Shown: positions 27,492 through 41,664, numbered from the stretch's first letter. The stretch: 64,000 nucleotides of DNA from Epiperipatus broadwayi (GCA_028023455.1 JAQFVV010000001.1:35216001-35280000); one strand, 5' to 3'. Translations and numbers: made by a program. Notes: generated by a model not told the origin, from the sequence alone.

Positions 27492-30400
27492 GATCTAACT
27501 GTTTCAATGCATTTCATGACTAGGTTAGTAGGAATAAGAGAGAATGATATATTTTGGTATCTGCAAGTGTCAGAATTAAAGTTTCAATAGGAACCACATC
27601 AAAAGCATGCTCAATGTCAATTTGAATGGCCAGTGGAGCATATTTTTTCTGCTCTCAAAACTGAATTCACAATGGTTTTGAAAATGAGGGCAGCTTGGCC
27701 TGTCAAGGATCCTTTTTTGCATGTTGCATCAGTGATAATAGAGGGAGGAGATATGATTCAATTTTATATTTTGGAATTTTTTCCAGGATTTTAATACCAA
27801 GGGCAACATGGAGATTGGTCACAGATTAGATAGATTGAATATTGAAGTTTGCTTTTTGAAGAATGGAATTAAGAAGATTGGATATAGATCTTTTATGTTA
27901 AACAATCTTTGTGATAGATAATTTGCTAAATCACATAGATATGTGGTAGTAAACTGACTGAGATGTGAAAATCTAAATTTAGGTATTCCATGTGGCCCTG
28001 AATGACAAGAGTTTGTTATTGTGATTAGCTTCAGCAAGAAATCAGTAGCACAAAATGGTTTATCTAACTCTGGTTGCCAAAGAGAACTTCAGCAATGTGA
28101 AGGCACAATATGACTGCAGCTTTTGTTTAAAATATTTGTATATAGTCTATCATATTATGTTCAGCTTTGGTGGTGATACTGTCGACTTCAAGTGCTTGTG
28201 AAAGTTTGGCAATGAAAGAATATTTCCAGAGCCCATCTAATATACCCTCATGTACAGATATGTTGTTCTGATAGATAGATTTTTTTCTTTTTTGTGGCAA
28301 GGTACTCTTTTAGAGTGTTGCAGGTATCATATACTTGGGTGTAAGTCTTTTTGTATGTGTGTGAATATCTGGTGCAGATTTAAACATGGTGATTCTTTTA
28401 TGTAACTCATCAGCCAAATTTAGGAGTCTTGAGGATGGTGGAGTGAATGACAAAATGTTGATAAAAGAAATGTATCATTGAACAGGATCAAGTTGCATAG
28501 TGCTAAGTTTAAATAGCACAATGTATGTTTCAGAGTACAAAAATTTAAAAATGTGTGCAGGAAGTTGTTGCTGTTTGCATTGCACTTAGATTGGGTTTGA
28601 GTATTTGATGAGAGTGATTAGAAAAGGGCAAGGGATTAAGTGTTAACTTAATTAAGTGATGAAGCATTGATTAATAAAAGCACACATCAATAAGTGAGGT
28701 ATGATGATGGTTGTAGAATGATATAGAGTTGGATGGTAAGAATCCTTTAGCACTCATTAGGGCTATTGGAAGTTGATGTAGTCACTTTAAAATGTGATAA
28801 CTCATGTTAAAATCATCTAGCAAAACAGCTGGGTAAGAGATTGATGATAATAGTGAGTTGATGGTAAGCAGTAATCTTGAGATGACAGCTGCTCTAGGTG
28901 ATATGTAAACAAAAATTATGTTGAGAGCAACAGTATGGTGGTTAAAAGTGATTACAAGTAGGTTTGAGTTGATAAATATGATTTTAAAGGAATAAAATTG
29001 GCAAGTTCTTATGATGACCAGGCCAGATGCATCCTGGAGATGATAATGAATCTTGGGATTGGTGAAAGAGCCTTGGGTCCTTATATAGGTTGTGGACTCA
29101 ATCTGAGAACCACTATATATTTTTGTTTTTAGCAGACCCAGGATGTGTGGCTGTGCAAATTGAATCCATTTACTTAGCTGGAGGCTTTTTTAAATTGAGT
29201 TTAGACATCAAACATTGTAAGCTCCTATCTTTATTTTCATGTTGAAAGTAAATGAAATAGAAAAAATAGTTAAAGTATATGTTTTGACAATCAGCCATTT
29301 CAGATTGACTGGAAATCGTGCAAATTGAATCCATTTACTTAGCTGGAGGCTTTTTTAAATTGAGTTTAGACATCAAACATTGTAAGCTCCTATCTTTATT
29401 TTCATGTTGAAAGTAAATGAAATAGAAAAAATAGTTAAAGTATATGTTTTGACAATCAGCCATTTCAGATTGACTGGATTAAGATTTCCATTTGTTGTCT
29501 TGTTTATAAGGTTAGAAAAATAATTATATGAACATAAATGGTTGTTGTCTAGTTTATAAGGTTAGAAAAATTATTGTATGAACATAAATGGCCAGCTATG
29601 ACTCAAAATTAAAATTTTCTTGGCTGGCATCCAGGGCATCAAAATATTTAAGAAATGGTTTGTTTGCATTATTTTTTTAAGCGGAAGATTTGATATCTGT
29701 TGGTATACTAATGTATATATGTTTTTGTTCAGGGTTTGTTTTTGATTCATTGCTTGGATTTGGGGTTTTAGTAAGTAAATAATAAAGATTTTTGGATTCA
29801 GTTAGAGCTTCCTGTTTTTGTTAAGTGTCTTTTAAATGGGGACTACATGATTTTAGAATATAAAAGCTGATATTAGTGGAGTATGTTAGGTTAATTTCAG
29901 TATCAAATGTTTTTATTTTTTTATTATCATGATTTTTTCATGGCCACCCAGGTTTTCTTTTGGATGTGTAATCAGTGTCACAGCTTTCAACTATTGGTAA
30001 TGGTGGTATCAGTGTATCCATGACATCTATGCTGGTCTTGTTATTATAGGTGAAAATTGGTTAGTATTGTCAGTGTCAATTATTGACTGTGGTACCTTAG
30101 CTCTATGTCTTAAACTAATGGTTTACATGGTTGGCTGATGAGGGGAGAATTTGATTATCATCACCCTGAGCAGTTTTTTTGCTAATGTTAGTGGGCGTGC
30201 TAAAGGTTTGATTTATCTGATAGATGAAGAGATCAATTGGCGAAGCATCTTCATTTGAAGGAAAATTCAGATGTGTCTTAGGTGTTTTGTCAATATTGTG
30301 TTGGGTTTAAATTATGAATGCATCTGGGTGTATCGTTATCCACCTGATTACACTGCAAGCATCAAATGGTTGTTGATTGATAGATGTCCATGCTGGTGAC

Positions 30401-31100
30401 AAGAGAAACATTTTGGCTTTAATGCTCTTATGTATAGGCAAGGTGTTGTCTCTTGGTCTGTAATCTGAGTAAGTATGTTTTTTTAGCTCGACTTTAAACT
30501 TATAGCTATTGCTCTACTTGGAACTGGGCTGTCTTTTAGATAAACTTGGTGCAATGAGATGAAGGCTTCATTAATTTTTGAAAATAGTGTGGAGTTCAAT
30601 ATGCCAGTTATGTATCTCTGTTTGTTTTCATCTATAGCAATCACAGCAAAATGGTCCAGTGTTTTGATCTTCAAATCTATTTATCTGGTTTTGATCATGG
30701 AATTGATCATGGAATTCTATGATCTTTGATTGTGATGATCAGCTAAGTATAGAACAATGTCCCATAGATTGTGCAAAGTGAGTCCTTCATATAGTAAAGC
30801 TCTTGGGAATTTATACAATATCGTAGCTGATAAAACTATTGGACAATGTGTGAAAAATGATGGAATGCATTAAATGGTGTGGAACTTTTCAGAAATGCTA
30901 TCTAGAACACCAGCAGGCAAAATTACAGAAGGGGCAGTTTGTGTTCAATATCACAGGTTGTAGATTTTCTGAATCTTTGAGAAGAGAGATTAAAATTCAT
31001 ATTGGAATTAGTGCTATTTTTTTGCAATATCCACAAATGTTTTTTTTGTTAATTAAAGTAACATTATTTTTTAGGTTTGATTTTTACTAGCATTATGTAA
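27492..31100 (-). mobile_element. L1/Tx1-like LINE, ORF1 + endonuclease + RT N-terminus (decayed)
   Basis: ORF1 remnant with knuckle *CLQCNQVDNDTPRC (about 30315-30362); APE motifs NGFN (about 29165) and VLLDDFN (about 28810); RT motif LAIQIDIEHAFDVV (about 27590-27633). The 5' boundary is approximate. Confidence 0.8.
29153..29478. repeat. Exact 161-bp direct duplication with a 4-nt spacer
   Basis: 29153-29313 equals 29318-29478 base for base; spacer AATC. Confidence 0.95.
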
Positions 31101-31699
31101 TACTGAAGTTGTGGCAGCCATTTACATTATCTTTAACAGATTCTGTGAAGTAAGGGTTTTTCTTTTTTACAGATGAACACATGAATATTTGCAAACTTTT
31201 AAAATATAACTAAATTTTGTTCTTATTTTTAAAAAATAATTTAAAATTATCTTTTATGATGGAATTGCAAATAATAATATTAAAAATAGCAGGAGACTTT
31301 TAACATACTTGCAGCCATCTGTGTAGCCAAGTGTGGCTCTGTTGTTGTTGTTGTTATTATTACTAACTACTATTATTATTATGATGATAGTGAATATGAT
31401 GTTTCAAAAATAAGTTTTATTAGTCAAAAGAATGTTACATAACTTTTCTTTTGCATACATATGTTTACATTTGCAGTTGTTAGGTTTACATTAACAGTTT
31501 GATGTATATGGAAATTAAAAAGTCAAGAGAGAACAAGGGTTGGCTACAACCTTTAAAGAGTCAAAGTTTATGACATTAATTTATGTACTGTATTACTACT
31601 TTTGTTTGAGTTTATCCATTGTGTATGTGAGTTCAATTTACAACAGAGAAAAGCAAGGTAATTTTAATAATTATTATACATTGATTACAGATGTATGCA

Positions 31700-32390
31700 A
31701 TACATATAATTTTGATATTTACAGATATGTATTTGCTCAAGTCCATGTTGTGTCATTATCCAGATTATGGTTGCTTTTGATATTCTGTCTGTCCATGAGG
31801 ATATTCTTTTTGGTTTTTGGTGCACACAAATACCATGAAGTGTTACTATGATTTGTTAAAATGATTGTTCATATGATTTGTTAAAAATATTGTTTCCATG
31901 TTTCTGGGTTTGTATTTGCAAACTATGTGAGTTAATAATTGACTGACTGCAGTTATAGCATTGATTACCGCTTAAGCAGTAACCAAGTTTCCATATATAG
32001 TTACAGTTTTTATATGAGATTGTCTCTTTCTTAACTGAGTTAATTTATTTTTAAAAGTGGTTGGGTGTCTTCTGGTATTGTTGCCTAGTAAGAATGTGCA
32101 TCTTGTTCATGAAAAGGGATATAAAACAAATGTGGCTATCCTTATATTTGGAGTTGATTTATCTTGATATGTGCTTATAATTCGGTCATCTGTAGGTATT
32201 ATACATTATATCCCTTATTTGCTTCAGTGCTGTGCATTGGTATATGATATGTTGTAAAGTCTCTTCCACCCAATGGCATAATCAATAAAATGGATCAATT
32301 GAAAAGTACATTCTCCTAGTATGTAGAAAGTACATTGTTGGCATGGCAAGGAGATTAATTTTAATGATGAAATCAAAGTACTTGGATTCT
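31700..32390 (-). mobile_element. LINE 3' fragment related to the 55-58 kb copy
   Basis: KINLLAMPTMYFLHTRRMYFSIDPFY*LCHWVEETLQHIIYQC aligns with KMNLNAIPTNWFFHQKRFLNNIDPFCPICHRQEQTFEHIIL of ORF 55335-55931. Confidence 0.75.
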
Positions 32391-32517
32391 AATGCCCATC
32401 CTTTATACTTTGGTAATAATTTTTTATTGTTTATTCTTAACATTGGAGGAAGGTCATTCCTTTTTGTTTCTGATGTGTAAAGTTATATATATATATATAT
32501 ATATAAATATATATACT

Positions 32518-32559
<42 letters not shown>

Positions 32560-32574
32560 AGTATGTATGTTTAT

Positions 32575-33256
32575 CTTTTGCATTAAATTCAAGCCCTATT
32601 TATACTCCTGTATGATGTTTCAGGAATGCTTTTAACCAATATTACCTGAGGCATTATAACATACAGCCACTATCCTATGATAACAAACAGGATAAACTTT
32701 TGTTTTTATTATTAAAAAGAAAAAAGCAATCTAGCTGATAAATTGGCTAGATTGTTTAAAATCTATTTCCAGCTTTTAGAAACAGATTCAAAATAGATAA
32801 AATTTCCATTAGCAGTGTATACATTGTTTTTATATAATTTGTCTTTCCTAAATAATATTTATATAAAAAATTAATATAATAAATATTAATAAAAATGTTA
32901 ATTTGATAATATCTTTCATCATCTAATACATATATACATTTCCCCGCACATACACAACTTTTAAATAACATCCATATTATACAGTTGTAGTATTTATTAA
33001 TTGGGTTATTTATCTGCCATTTACTTTTCTAATGATTATATATATATATATATATATATGATAAAATAGTAAGCATAAATTCTTTTCTAATGATTATATA
33101 TATATATATATATATATGATAAAATAGTAAGCATAAATTCTTTTAGAGGATATAAGTGTGTGTATCTGCAAGAAAGATAAGATTTGAACCCTGTCTGGTG
33201 GTGATATATTGAGTAGAAAAATGAAGCTCAATCTTACCTTCAGATTGATTGTTTCA
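32575..33256 (-). mobile_element. About 690-bp interspersed repeat, SINE-like, copy 1
   Basis: Roughly 85% identical to 37926-38623; B-box-like GGGTTCAAATC on - (33181-33191); contains an internal 58-bp tandem duplication (33025-33140). Confidence 0.7.
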
Positions 33257-33399
33257 TTTTCCCCAACTTACAGAAACAGAAGAAAAAAAATTAAAAATTG
33301 TCAATAGAACAAACAACTTTTTTGAATTGCATTAACTGTATTCAAAATACCATGTTTGTCTTAGGTTACCCATATTTTTTATACTGAAACCTCCCCCTA

Positions 33400-35156
33400 T
33401 TTTGAAAAAAAAATTCTAACAGTCCTTATCCCATTAAATCTGATAGTCACAGCCTAGTATGGTCTGGTCTTTTCTGTGAATTTTGTTTTCCATTTTTCTG
33501 TGGAATATATCCATCCATCATTACTGATAATTTTTTCCTCAATCTGAAGGCATGTCAGATCTTCAGATTCTTTTGGGTGTTTATGGAGTAAGATGCCCAT
33601 AATCTACAAAGTTAAGGAAGTGTGTCATTTCCTTCATCCCAGTGATCTGGTTCCTCAACTTTAGTTTCTGCAGCAATGGTGGCATGTTATGTCTAATGAT
33701 TCTTATAATGTAGCATCTGAATATGAAAAAGCTGTCAATGCTCGTAGTCTGGCCACCTTACACAAAAAGAATTGGGTGTGAGTTTTCTTGCAATTTTCTC
33801 TATATTTCTCAGTAGTTATGGTATGCATGATTTCTTCTTGTCTCTCCTCATTACAGTAATTTTCTTAAAACTGCTAATTGGTAATCTCTGAATGTGGTAG
33901 ATCTTCTTTTCATTGAGTTCCACCCATCCTGGTCATCTTCTTGAGATAATGGTTTGCTGTGGCTACTTGTTCTTCATTGTTAGGCAGATAAAAGAAAAAT
34001 AATTCTTTCAAACTTTACCAAGTATTCCTGTGGATTTTCTCCAGGTTCTCCCTGGAAAATCTGCACTTGCATAAAGCATGCACTATTTGATTGACCTCTC
34101 TGGCTGATTGACTGGCCTGGATCTTCAATGGTCTCTACAGCAGTTTGTCTTTTTATTATGGTAGCTGGTTGTGAATCTTGCCTTTGTCTATCCTCACTCT
34201 TTTCATGCAGTGGTCTTTGCATCAGTTCTGTGCTCTTATGGATTTGGTGGTTCTCAGTTGACAGCCCTTTCCTACCATGTTCCCACACAGTTTTCATTTG
34301 TTCCATTTCCTTATGCATGTTTTTTCATTGCTTCTTTTCAACTTCAATTTTGCTTCCTTTTTTGCTACTTTACTATGTTTATTAAGTTCTTGCTTATCTT
34401 TTTCAAAAATCTCTGCTGTTAACTGTGCATTATGGCTACCAATGTTTGATACACTTCTAACATCCTTGGTCCTAAATCCAAATTGTATAGTAGCTTCCTA
34501 TGTTCTTTGATCATGATTTTTGGGCTAGATGTTCCCAGAGAGTTTATTTCATTTAACACTTCTTGATTGCACTTTACACTGCTCATGTCCTTCCTTTGTT
34601 CCATTTCCTCACAGCTTCACTTTCATGTAGCTCTCCATTCTCATTTCTCTACTTTCTGACAATCCATTGTTTTGTTATATCTCTGAAAAAAAATCTTGTT
34701 CTTTTTGACTTTATTAAAAGGATATACACTTTTCTCCCATTCCTTCAAATCATCTCTGCCTCTCATCATGCTACACCACTCCCATAAACCCTTCCTATGC
34801 TTGTTCTATTACCTTATTATGCTACCTTGCCCTACTTCTATTTATACAACTATCTGGCATTATCCTTTGTTGCTAACATAGATTGCGATAATTTTCAATA
34901 AAAAAAATATTACTGTTCTCTATTTCCTTCTTGGCCTTTTGTTTTTGGTTGTTCCTTTGCACCTGAAACAGACTCATAAATTATTTATTAATAGATCATT
35001 ATAAATTAGCATGAATATACATACATAATACCTGGAAAATGACTCTCTATATTATTCACTTCTCAAGTTTGAATCATTGCATACACTATCTCATTACATT
35101 GATCAACCTATCTGTTGGCAAAATTTTTCATAGTATTTGTAATACTGGGTGCCATG
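33400..35156 (-). mobile_element. Ty3/Gypsy-like 5' region: PBS-like site and decayed gag
   Basis: FQGEPGENPQEYLVKFERI...EQVATANHYLK...F.ENYC matches the retrotransposon gag pattern, with coiled-coil-like sequence upstream; CA|TGGCACCCAG at 35145-35156 resembles an LTR end plus a CpG-decayed tRNA-Lys PBS. Confidence 0.65.
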
Positions 35157-37925
35157 CCAATGGGGTATGATCATTCTTACATTATATTATTTAATTTTTA
35201 ATTCATATACTTATTAATTTTTTAGATGATCTGCTTATATATTAATACAGAGGATTGTATATGTACACATGTATTTGTTGAGGCAGTGCCATAGGTGTCA
35301 GATTTGTGATATAATATAACATTATTATTACACAGAGGAATTTTTTTATATAAACTAGCCAGGGTGTGTGAAATATTCAAAAGCCACCATGTTCGCATCA
35401 AAGTGGGGGGGGGGGAACCTGTACCAGTAGAATTTGTATGTTCATATAACAAGACATAAAATCTGAGCAAACGTATCATAAATCCAATCATGCTCAAGAT
35501 ACACAGGTCCAGAGCACTCATAAACCCTGCCCTGTTTGCCCATCTTCCAGATCTATCAACTTATGAGCAACATTTCTGATTATAGCCAATTTATTTTATC
35601 CTTACTGTCCAGAAGCATAGCAGAGAAACAAGAAATTCTAATTGAACATTAGCAATATGGCAAAAACACTGATACAATCATGCTTACATAACATACACAT
35701 CTGGAAAGTTGCAAGGCCTATCCTATCATGCAATACATATAATCATGAGATCTTACAAACCAGCAATATTTGTTTTGTAAAATAAAATAAAGAAATATAT
35801 GAATTAATTATTGGAATATCAATATCACTAAAAGGCAATGATTCAATAATCACACAATAATTACAATTCACATTATTACATACTGATCCCTATGAGTTGT
35901 TATGAGCATCATATTGCACTCTATTTTATTGGGTATATTATTATTTTACACTTTGGCATGGGTACATACATATTGTTTTAAAATACCTTCGTTTTGGTGT
36001 GCTTAATTTGTATGCCAATAAAGATGTATCTATAAAAAAGGTATACAATAATCTTAGCGCTGTTATAAAAAGATACACACAGGTAGACAATATTATTAGT
36101 GCTGTTATATAAAGGCATATACAAGGTAGTCAATAGTATTAGTGTTGTTATATACATGTACCCACAACATCAGATGACTAGCCTTTAATATTTATTAATG
36201 GCAGCACTTGATCGTTTTTAAATGCTGAGTACATTTTATTTTGTTAATTATTGAGTGGATTTTATTTAGCTTCATTGCATTTTACTAAGAACCAAATAAT
36301 TCATAATGTTTTACATATATAAAAGAAATAATAACATATGTGTGAAGCGTTTATTATAAATGTATGTATGATAAGATCGACGAGTGATGCATGAAAGAAA
36401 AAGAAATCAATTAGAAAGATGGAATGAGTTTAGTTATGATCATAACATTATGTCTTATAGATATTCATAGGTTTTATACTTAAATAGAAAATAATAATAA
36501 GAAGACCAGCATAATAGCAATCCATAGTTTTGATCCATCTTTATAGATCTGACAAAGTGCTTGGTCAAATAAGAAATATAATAATAATAAGCTGATTTTA
36601 TTTCCATGTCTATAGCAGAATCAGCTTCTTTGAAGAGGATCCAGAATGGAGATGCTATGGTCCAGCTGTTTTGGGGTCATCCCATGCAGAGCTACCACTA
36701 TGCAGGCCAAACAGTTCCAGGGTCACATGAAGAGGTGGTAGGCTCAGATTTCCAAGGCACCCACATGATAAAGCAAGATTTTAAAATGTGAAACATTTAT
36801 ACAAATATTCATTATTGACATTATTAAATTATAACCTATAATACCCAAAAATATCATGTGTAATGGTATGACCTAGTTACTGAATAGCATTAAAAGTTTT
36901 AATTTAAATAATCTAAAATCTAGATTAAATTAGCTAAGAACCTTTTTAATATTTATTAATACATATAAGTCCCAAACACATTAAATAAAGCTATGATACT
37001 ACAATCAGAGGTGTGCTTTAACATATTTAAAATGACATATAAAAATTACATACAATCAGTGGACAGTGGTCATTGAAATCAAACAAAGGTAATAAATTGT
37101 AATTAAATAAATAGTAAACCTCCATTTTTAGAAATAATGGTAATATAAATTACATTTATAATAATGTTTACATGAAATAGTGGATTCTATTTTTACTCAG
37201 TCACTGATATATAATTAGGATATATATATATATATTCAACACATATCCCCAACCTGGCAAGTGCCTGTGATTAAAATATCACTAATTGGTTAGAGTCCCC
37301 TTTAATAAAGGGTAGCTGAACTAAAAATAAATGCACTCATGAAGGTTGGGATTATTATTGATATACTAACTTTAGTTTTAAGATAATACCCAAAATAAAT
37401 GATAAAAAATAAAATTACCACCCCAAAGTAAAAAAATCATATTAGACTATGAGCTGTAATAAAGAAATTATTTTGTGAGTTTATAGAGAGTCAGAAATGA
37501 TATTAACAAATATTGTGAGAGGTTCTAATTAATGGCCTAAGCCTAGTTTTAGATTACTTTACATTTAAAAGAAGTTTTAGATTATTAGAGAGGCTTTAAA
37601 AAGTCTTTGATGGTGGCATAGTATTATTGTTCTTGTTGAGTTCCAAAATTGATTGATGGGTCCATGATATTCCAATATGTGATCTTTGGTCCTAACTGTA
37701 TTTCACTTTTTTCTCTGTATTTCCAGTAGCATTGTTCTGTGATTCATTCTTTAAGCATAGTAAAATATTTCATTGGTTTACAAGCATAGGGCAACATCCT
37801 TGTGGGAGATGTTTCTGGAATGACTGGGAAAGGTGCATTTTTTTCCTCTACTTGGCAAACATTATATTAAAATTTTGACTGACATGGATTAGTTAAGCCA
37901 CTAAAACAAAAATATAACACTCTAC

Positions 37926-38623
37926 CTTTTTGCATTAAATTTAAGCCCTATTTGTACTACTGCATGGTGTTTCAGAAATGCTTTTAACCAATATTACCTG
38001 AGACATTATAACATACAGCTATTATCCTATGATTACAAATAGGATACAATATTGTTTTTATTAGTAAATAAAAATGCAATCTTTTTGATAAATTCTTAAT
38101 CAATTGTTTAAAATATATTTCCAGCTTTTAGAAACAGATTCAAAATAGATGAAATTTCCATTAGTGGTTTATATATTGTTTTTATATAATTTTTCTTTTC
38201 TAAATGACTAATGGGTTGATATATTAAATTGCTTTAATTCATTCAAGAATATTTGAAAGGATTGCATCATCTCTTTACTGCCATTATAGAATATATACAT
38301 TAACATAAAAAAATATTAATATAATAAATGTTAATTTAAAAAAATGTTAATTTGACAATATTTTCCATCACCTAATGCATGTATGCACTTTCCCACACAT
38401 ACAAAACTTTTAGATAACTGTATTATACAGTTGTAGCATTTATTAACTGGGTTATTTATCTGCCTTTTATTTTTTAATTATTATATATATGATAAAATGG
38501 TAAACATTTTTGGAGGATATAGGGGCATGTATCTGTATACAAGATAAGGTTTGAATCCTATCTGGTGATGATATATTGAGTAGAACTGTGAAGCTTAATC
38601 TGACATTCAGATTGAGTGCTTCA
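37926..38623 (-). mobile_element. About 690-bp interspersed repeat, SINE-like, copy 2
   Basis: Collinear with 32575-33256; B-box-like GGATTCAAACC on - (38548-38558). Confidence 0.7.
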
Positions 38624-39119
38624 ATATCATATAATAAATTTTACCTAAAAATATAAATGATTACTTTCAGTTTAAAATTATGATAGACCTTTTTACATCC
38701 TCATTTATTTAAAATAAAGTGTCTGTGTACCATTATTATGGAAAATATATTTACTTAGACTTTCATAAGATTGAGATGACATAGTATATTTCATTTGGTT
38801 TTGGTTTGCATCAGTGTTACTTTCTAACCAGTTGGCTTTTTGATCTCCATTGATAATTTTAGGGCTTGTCTTCCATTCTGTGACTTGACAATGGAAGAGA
38901 GAGTTTGTGTCAGTGACTGTGGCATCAATTTCCAGTGAGGTTTTAGGTGGAGTAGTTGATTTTGGAGGACTTTGGGGCCTAAAGTCCTGTTCAACACTTC
39001 TAAGTTGATATAGCACTACATATTGCTAATTCTGTCACTTCTGCAATAGTATTTTCTGCAGCAATAATGAATGGTTCTATTTGTTCTTAGATTTCTGAAT
39101 CTCTGAAGCAATGAATAAT

Positions 39120-39385
39120 ACAATGAATTAATCACAAAATGAAAGCCAGAATGATTCACAGACTCAAGAACAGAATAATTTAATCATAAAATGAAGGCTA
39201 GAATAATTTACAGATTGAAGACCACACTAATTCTATCACAAATAAAGGCTGAAACTATTTACAGATTCAAGAGTGGAATAATCTAACAGACTGAAGACCA
39301 GACTAAATTACAGATTGAAGACTAGACTAATTTTATCACAAAACAAAGAGCGGAATAATTCAATCACAAAATGCAGACCAGACTG
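39120..39385. repeat. Degenerate tandem repeat region
   Basis: Recurrent ATCACAAAA, AATAATTTACAGATTGAAGAC and CAGACT modules. Confidence 0.7.
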
Positions 39386-39834
39386 ACAATAGTAGAGTGT
39401 TGTGCCTTTTTACATTTTCCTCTCCCATTGTTTTAATTTCTTATCATTATTTTTAATTTTGATGTAACTTGAATCTGTTTTTTTAACTATTTTTACATTT
39501 CATTTTATCTAATTGATTTTTACATTTGCTTTAATCTAATCCTTTTTTAGATTAATCTACTATTACTTTTATGAGATAGTTTACATGATTTTTAATTAAT
39601 TAAATTAGTAATCTTTTAAAGAAATTACATTTTCAAAAGTTTTTTTTTTACCAAATTTTATTTTAACTTTCATTGTTTACTTATTTTTATATTATAAAAA
39701 AGTTTTTTTTTTTTAAAAAAGGAGAGAGTGAGTTAAATCTTTTTATTTTAAATCCCCCCCACCATTCTCAAGTCTAAAATTTCATTCTATTTTTAAAAGA
39801 ACAAACAATATAACACAATAAAAACAATAAAAAT

Positions 39835-40642
39835 GCTCTAGCAAGCTTTATTGATAAATGTCAGCAAGAGAAAGCACTTTAAAATCTCTATTTAGAAACT
39901 ACACCTAATCTCAGACCAATGGTTTTATGCTTTGGCACTCCTCAATGAGAAACTAGGGCAGTTTCAGACAATAGATCTAAAAATACCAAGTTATCTATTG
40001 ATGGGAAAATCTGAAATTTTCAGACACCTGCATGTCTTCAAACCCAGATATCAACTCAAATAGCTACTTTAAAGTAAAAGACTATAAATAGTCTATAAAA
40101 ATTATTAAAGTCATATATCACATAATCTAATCTTTTTAAGCTTGTAAATAAAAAAAGCTTGTTAGAGCAATTATCATAGCTCATTGTTTTTTTTTACAAG
40201 CTTAAAAATATTAGATCATGTGATATATGACTTTAATAATTTTTATTGACTATTTATAGTCTTTTGCTTTAAATTCTTAAGCAATGTTATATTGCTAAGG
40301 CTATTAATATATGGTTTGGCTGAAGATTTTTCAGTCCCATATAGCTATTTGAGTTGGATAATTGGGTTTGACGACAGGTAGGGGTCTGATAATTTCAGAT
40401 TTTCCACTCAATAGATAACTTTTAGATAAATGCTGGCGTTGGGTTGATATTTTTAGATCTAGTGTCTGAAACTACCCCAAAGCAGGAAACCATTGGTCTG
40501 AGATTAGGATGTGGTTTCTAGATAGAGATTTTAAAGTGCTTTCTCTTGCTGACATTTATCAATAAAGCTTGTTAGAGAAATTAGCACAGCTCATTGTTTT
40601 TTATTTACAAGCTTAAAAAGATTAGGTCATCTGATATATGAT
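39835..40642. repeat. 410-bp unit present as one inverted copy plus a tandem direct run
   Basis: 39835-40156 is the reverse complement of about 40184-40577 with internal deletions; AAGCTTGTTAGAG...CTCATTG recurs at 40155 and 40565 (period 410). Confidence 0.9.
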
Positions 40643-40860
40643 TAATTTTTATTGATAATTATAACACAATCTTTTTATTTTACAAAGTTTAAATCTCTTA
40701 AAACAACAAAAAAACTACTCTAAAACATATTACTTTTTTTTTTCTATTTTCATATCTATTAATAATTTAATCATTTATTTTTAAGTTATATATATGTAAC
40801 ACTAGTATATATGTTTGTTTCATAACACATATCTAGCTAGCATTACAATATATATTATTA

Positions 40861-41032
<172 letters not shown>

Positions 41033-41664
41033 CAGGACCCGTTATAAAATATTATATATATAATATATATATATATTAAATGGCATGGATGTGCATGGTG
41101 GTTTGATTATGAAGGCAAATTATTTAATAATATTTTTTTAAAGAAATATGTCCCAGAAGTTTAATTAGTCAAACTATACAACAATAAATGCTTATTCATT
41201 GGCACAGGAAACAAGATATAGGCATAGCTCTACACACAGACTAACTTATATAATAATATATATATTTAAATATCTATAATCTTTGATAATTTAATCCCAA
41301 TGATAAAATATCATATACATTATTTATAGGAGAGATAATGTTTCTTAATTATATTATTTGAATCAGAGTGCCAGTTTTGCAGATCATTGTTTGTAGAAAC
41401 GACATACTTAATTATTGATCAAATTCAAGAGTATAAACATTATTTGTATTTTAAGATTGTCATGATAATATTATTTTTATGAATTTATTCTGGAGCCAAA
41501 AGGTATACTTTATTGTGCTACAGATAAATTATTGTTATATATGTAACTATAATACTAACATTTTATATCTCAGGGTATTCTAGATAAAGATAAATAACTA
41601 ACATTTAAGTGACCAAATGTGTTGAAATAGCAAGTGTAATCATATCTTCAAAGAAATATTAAAA

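Noticed and set aside
31141-31175. AG|ATTCTGTGAA|GTAAGG...TTTTACAG as a microexon
   Set aside because: The following intron would be only about 22 nt.
36540-39020. Possible RNase H/integrase remnants and the 103-aa ORF at 38705-39016
   Set aside because: Motif matches are too weak to assign.
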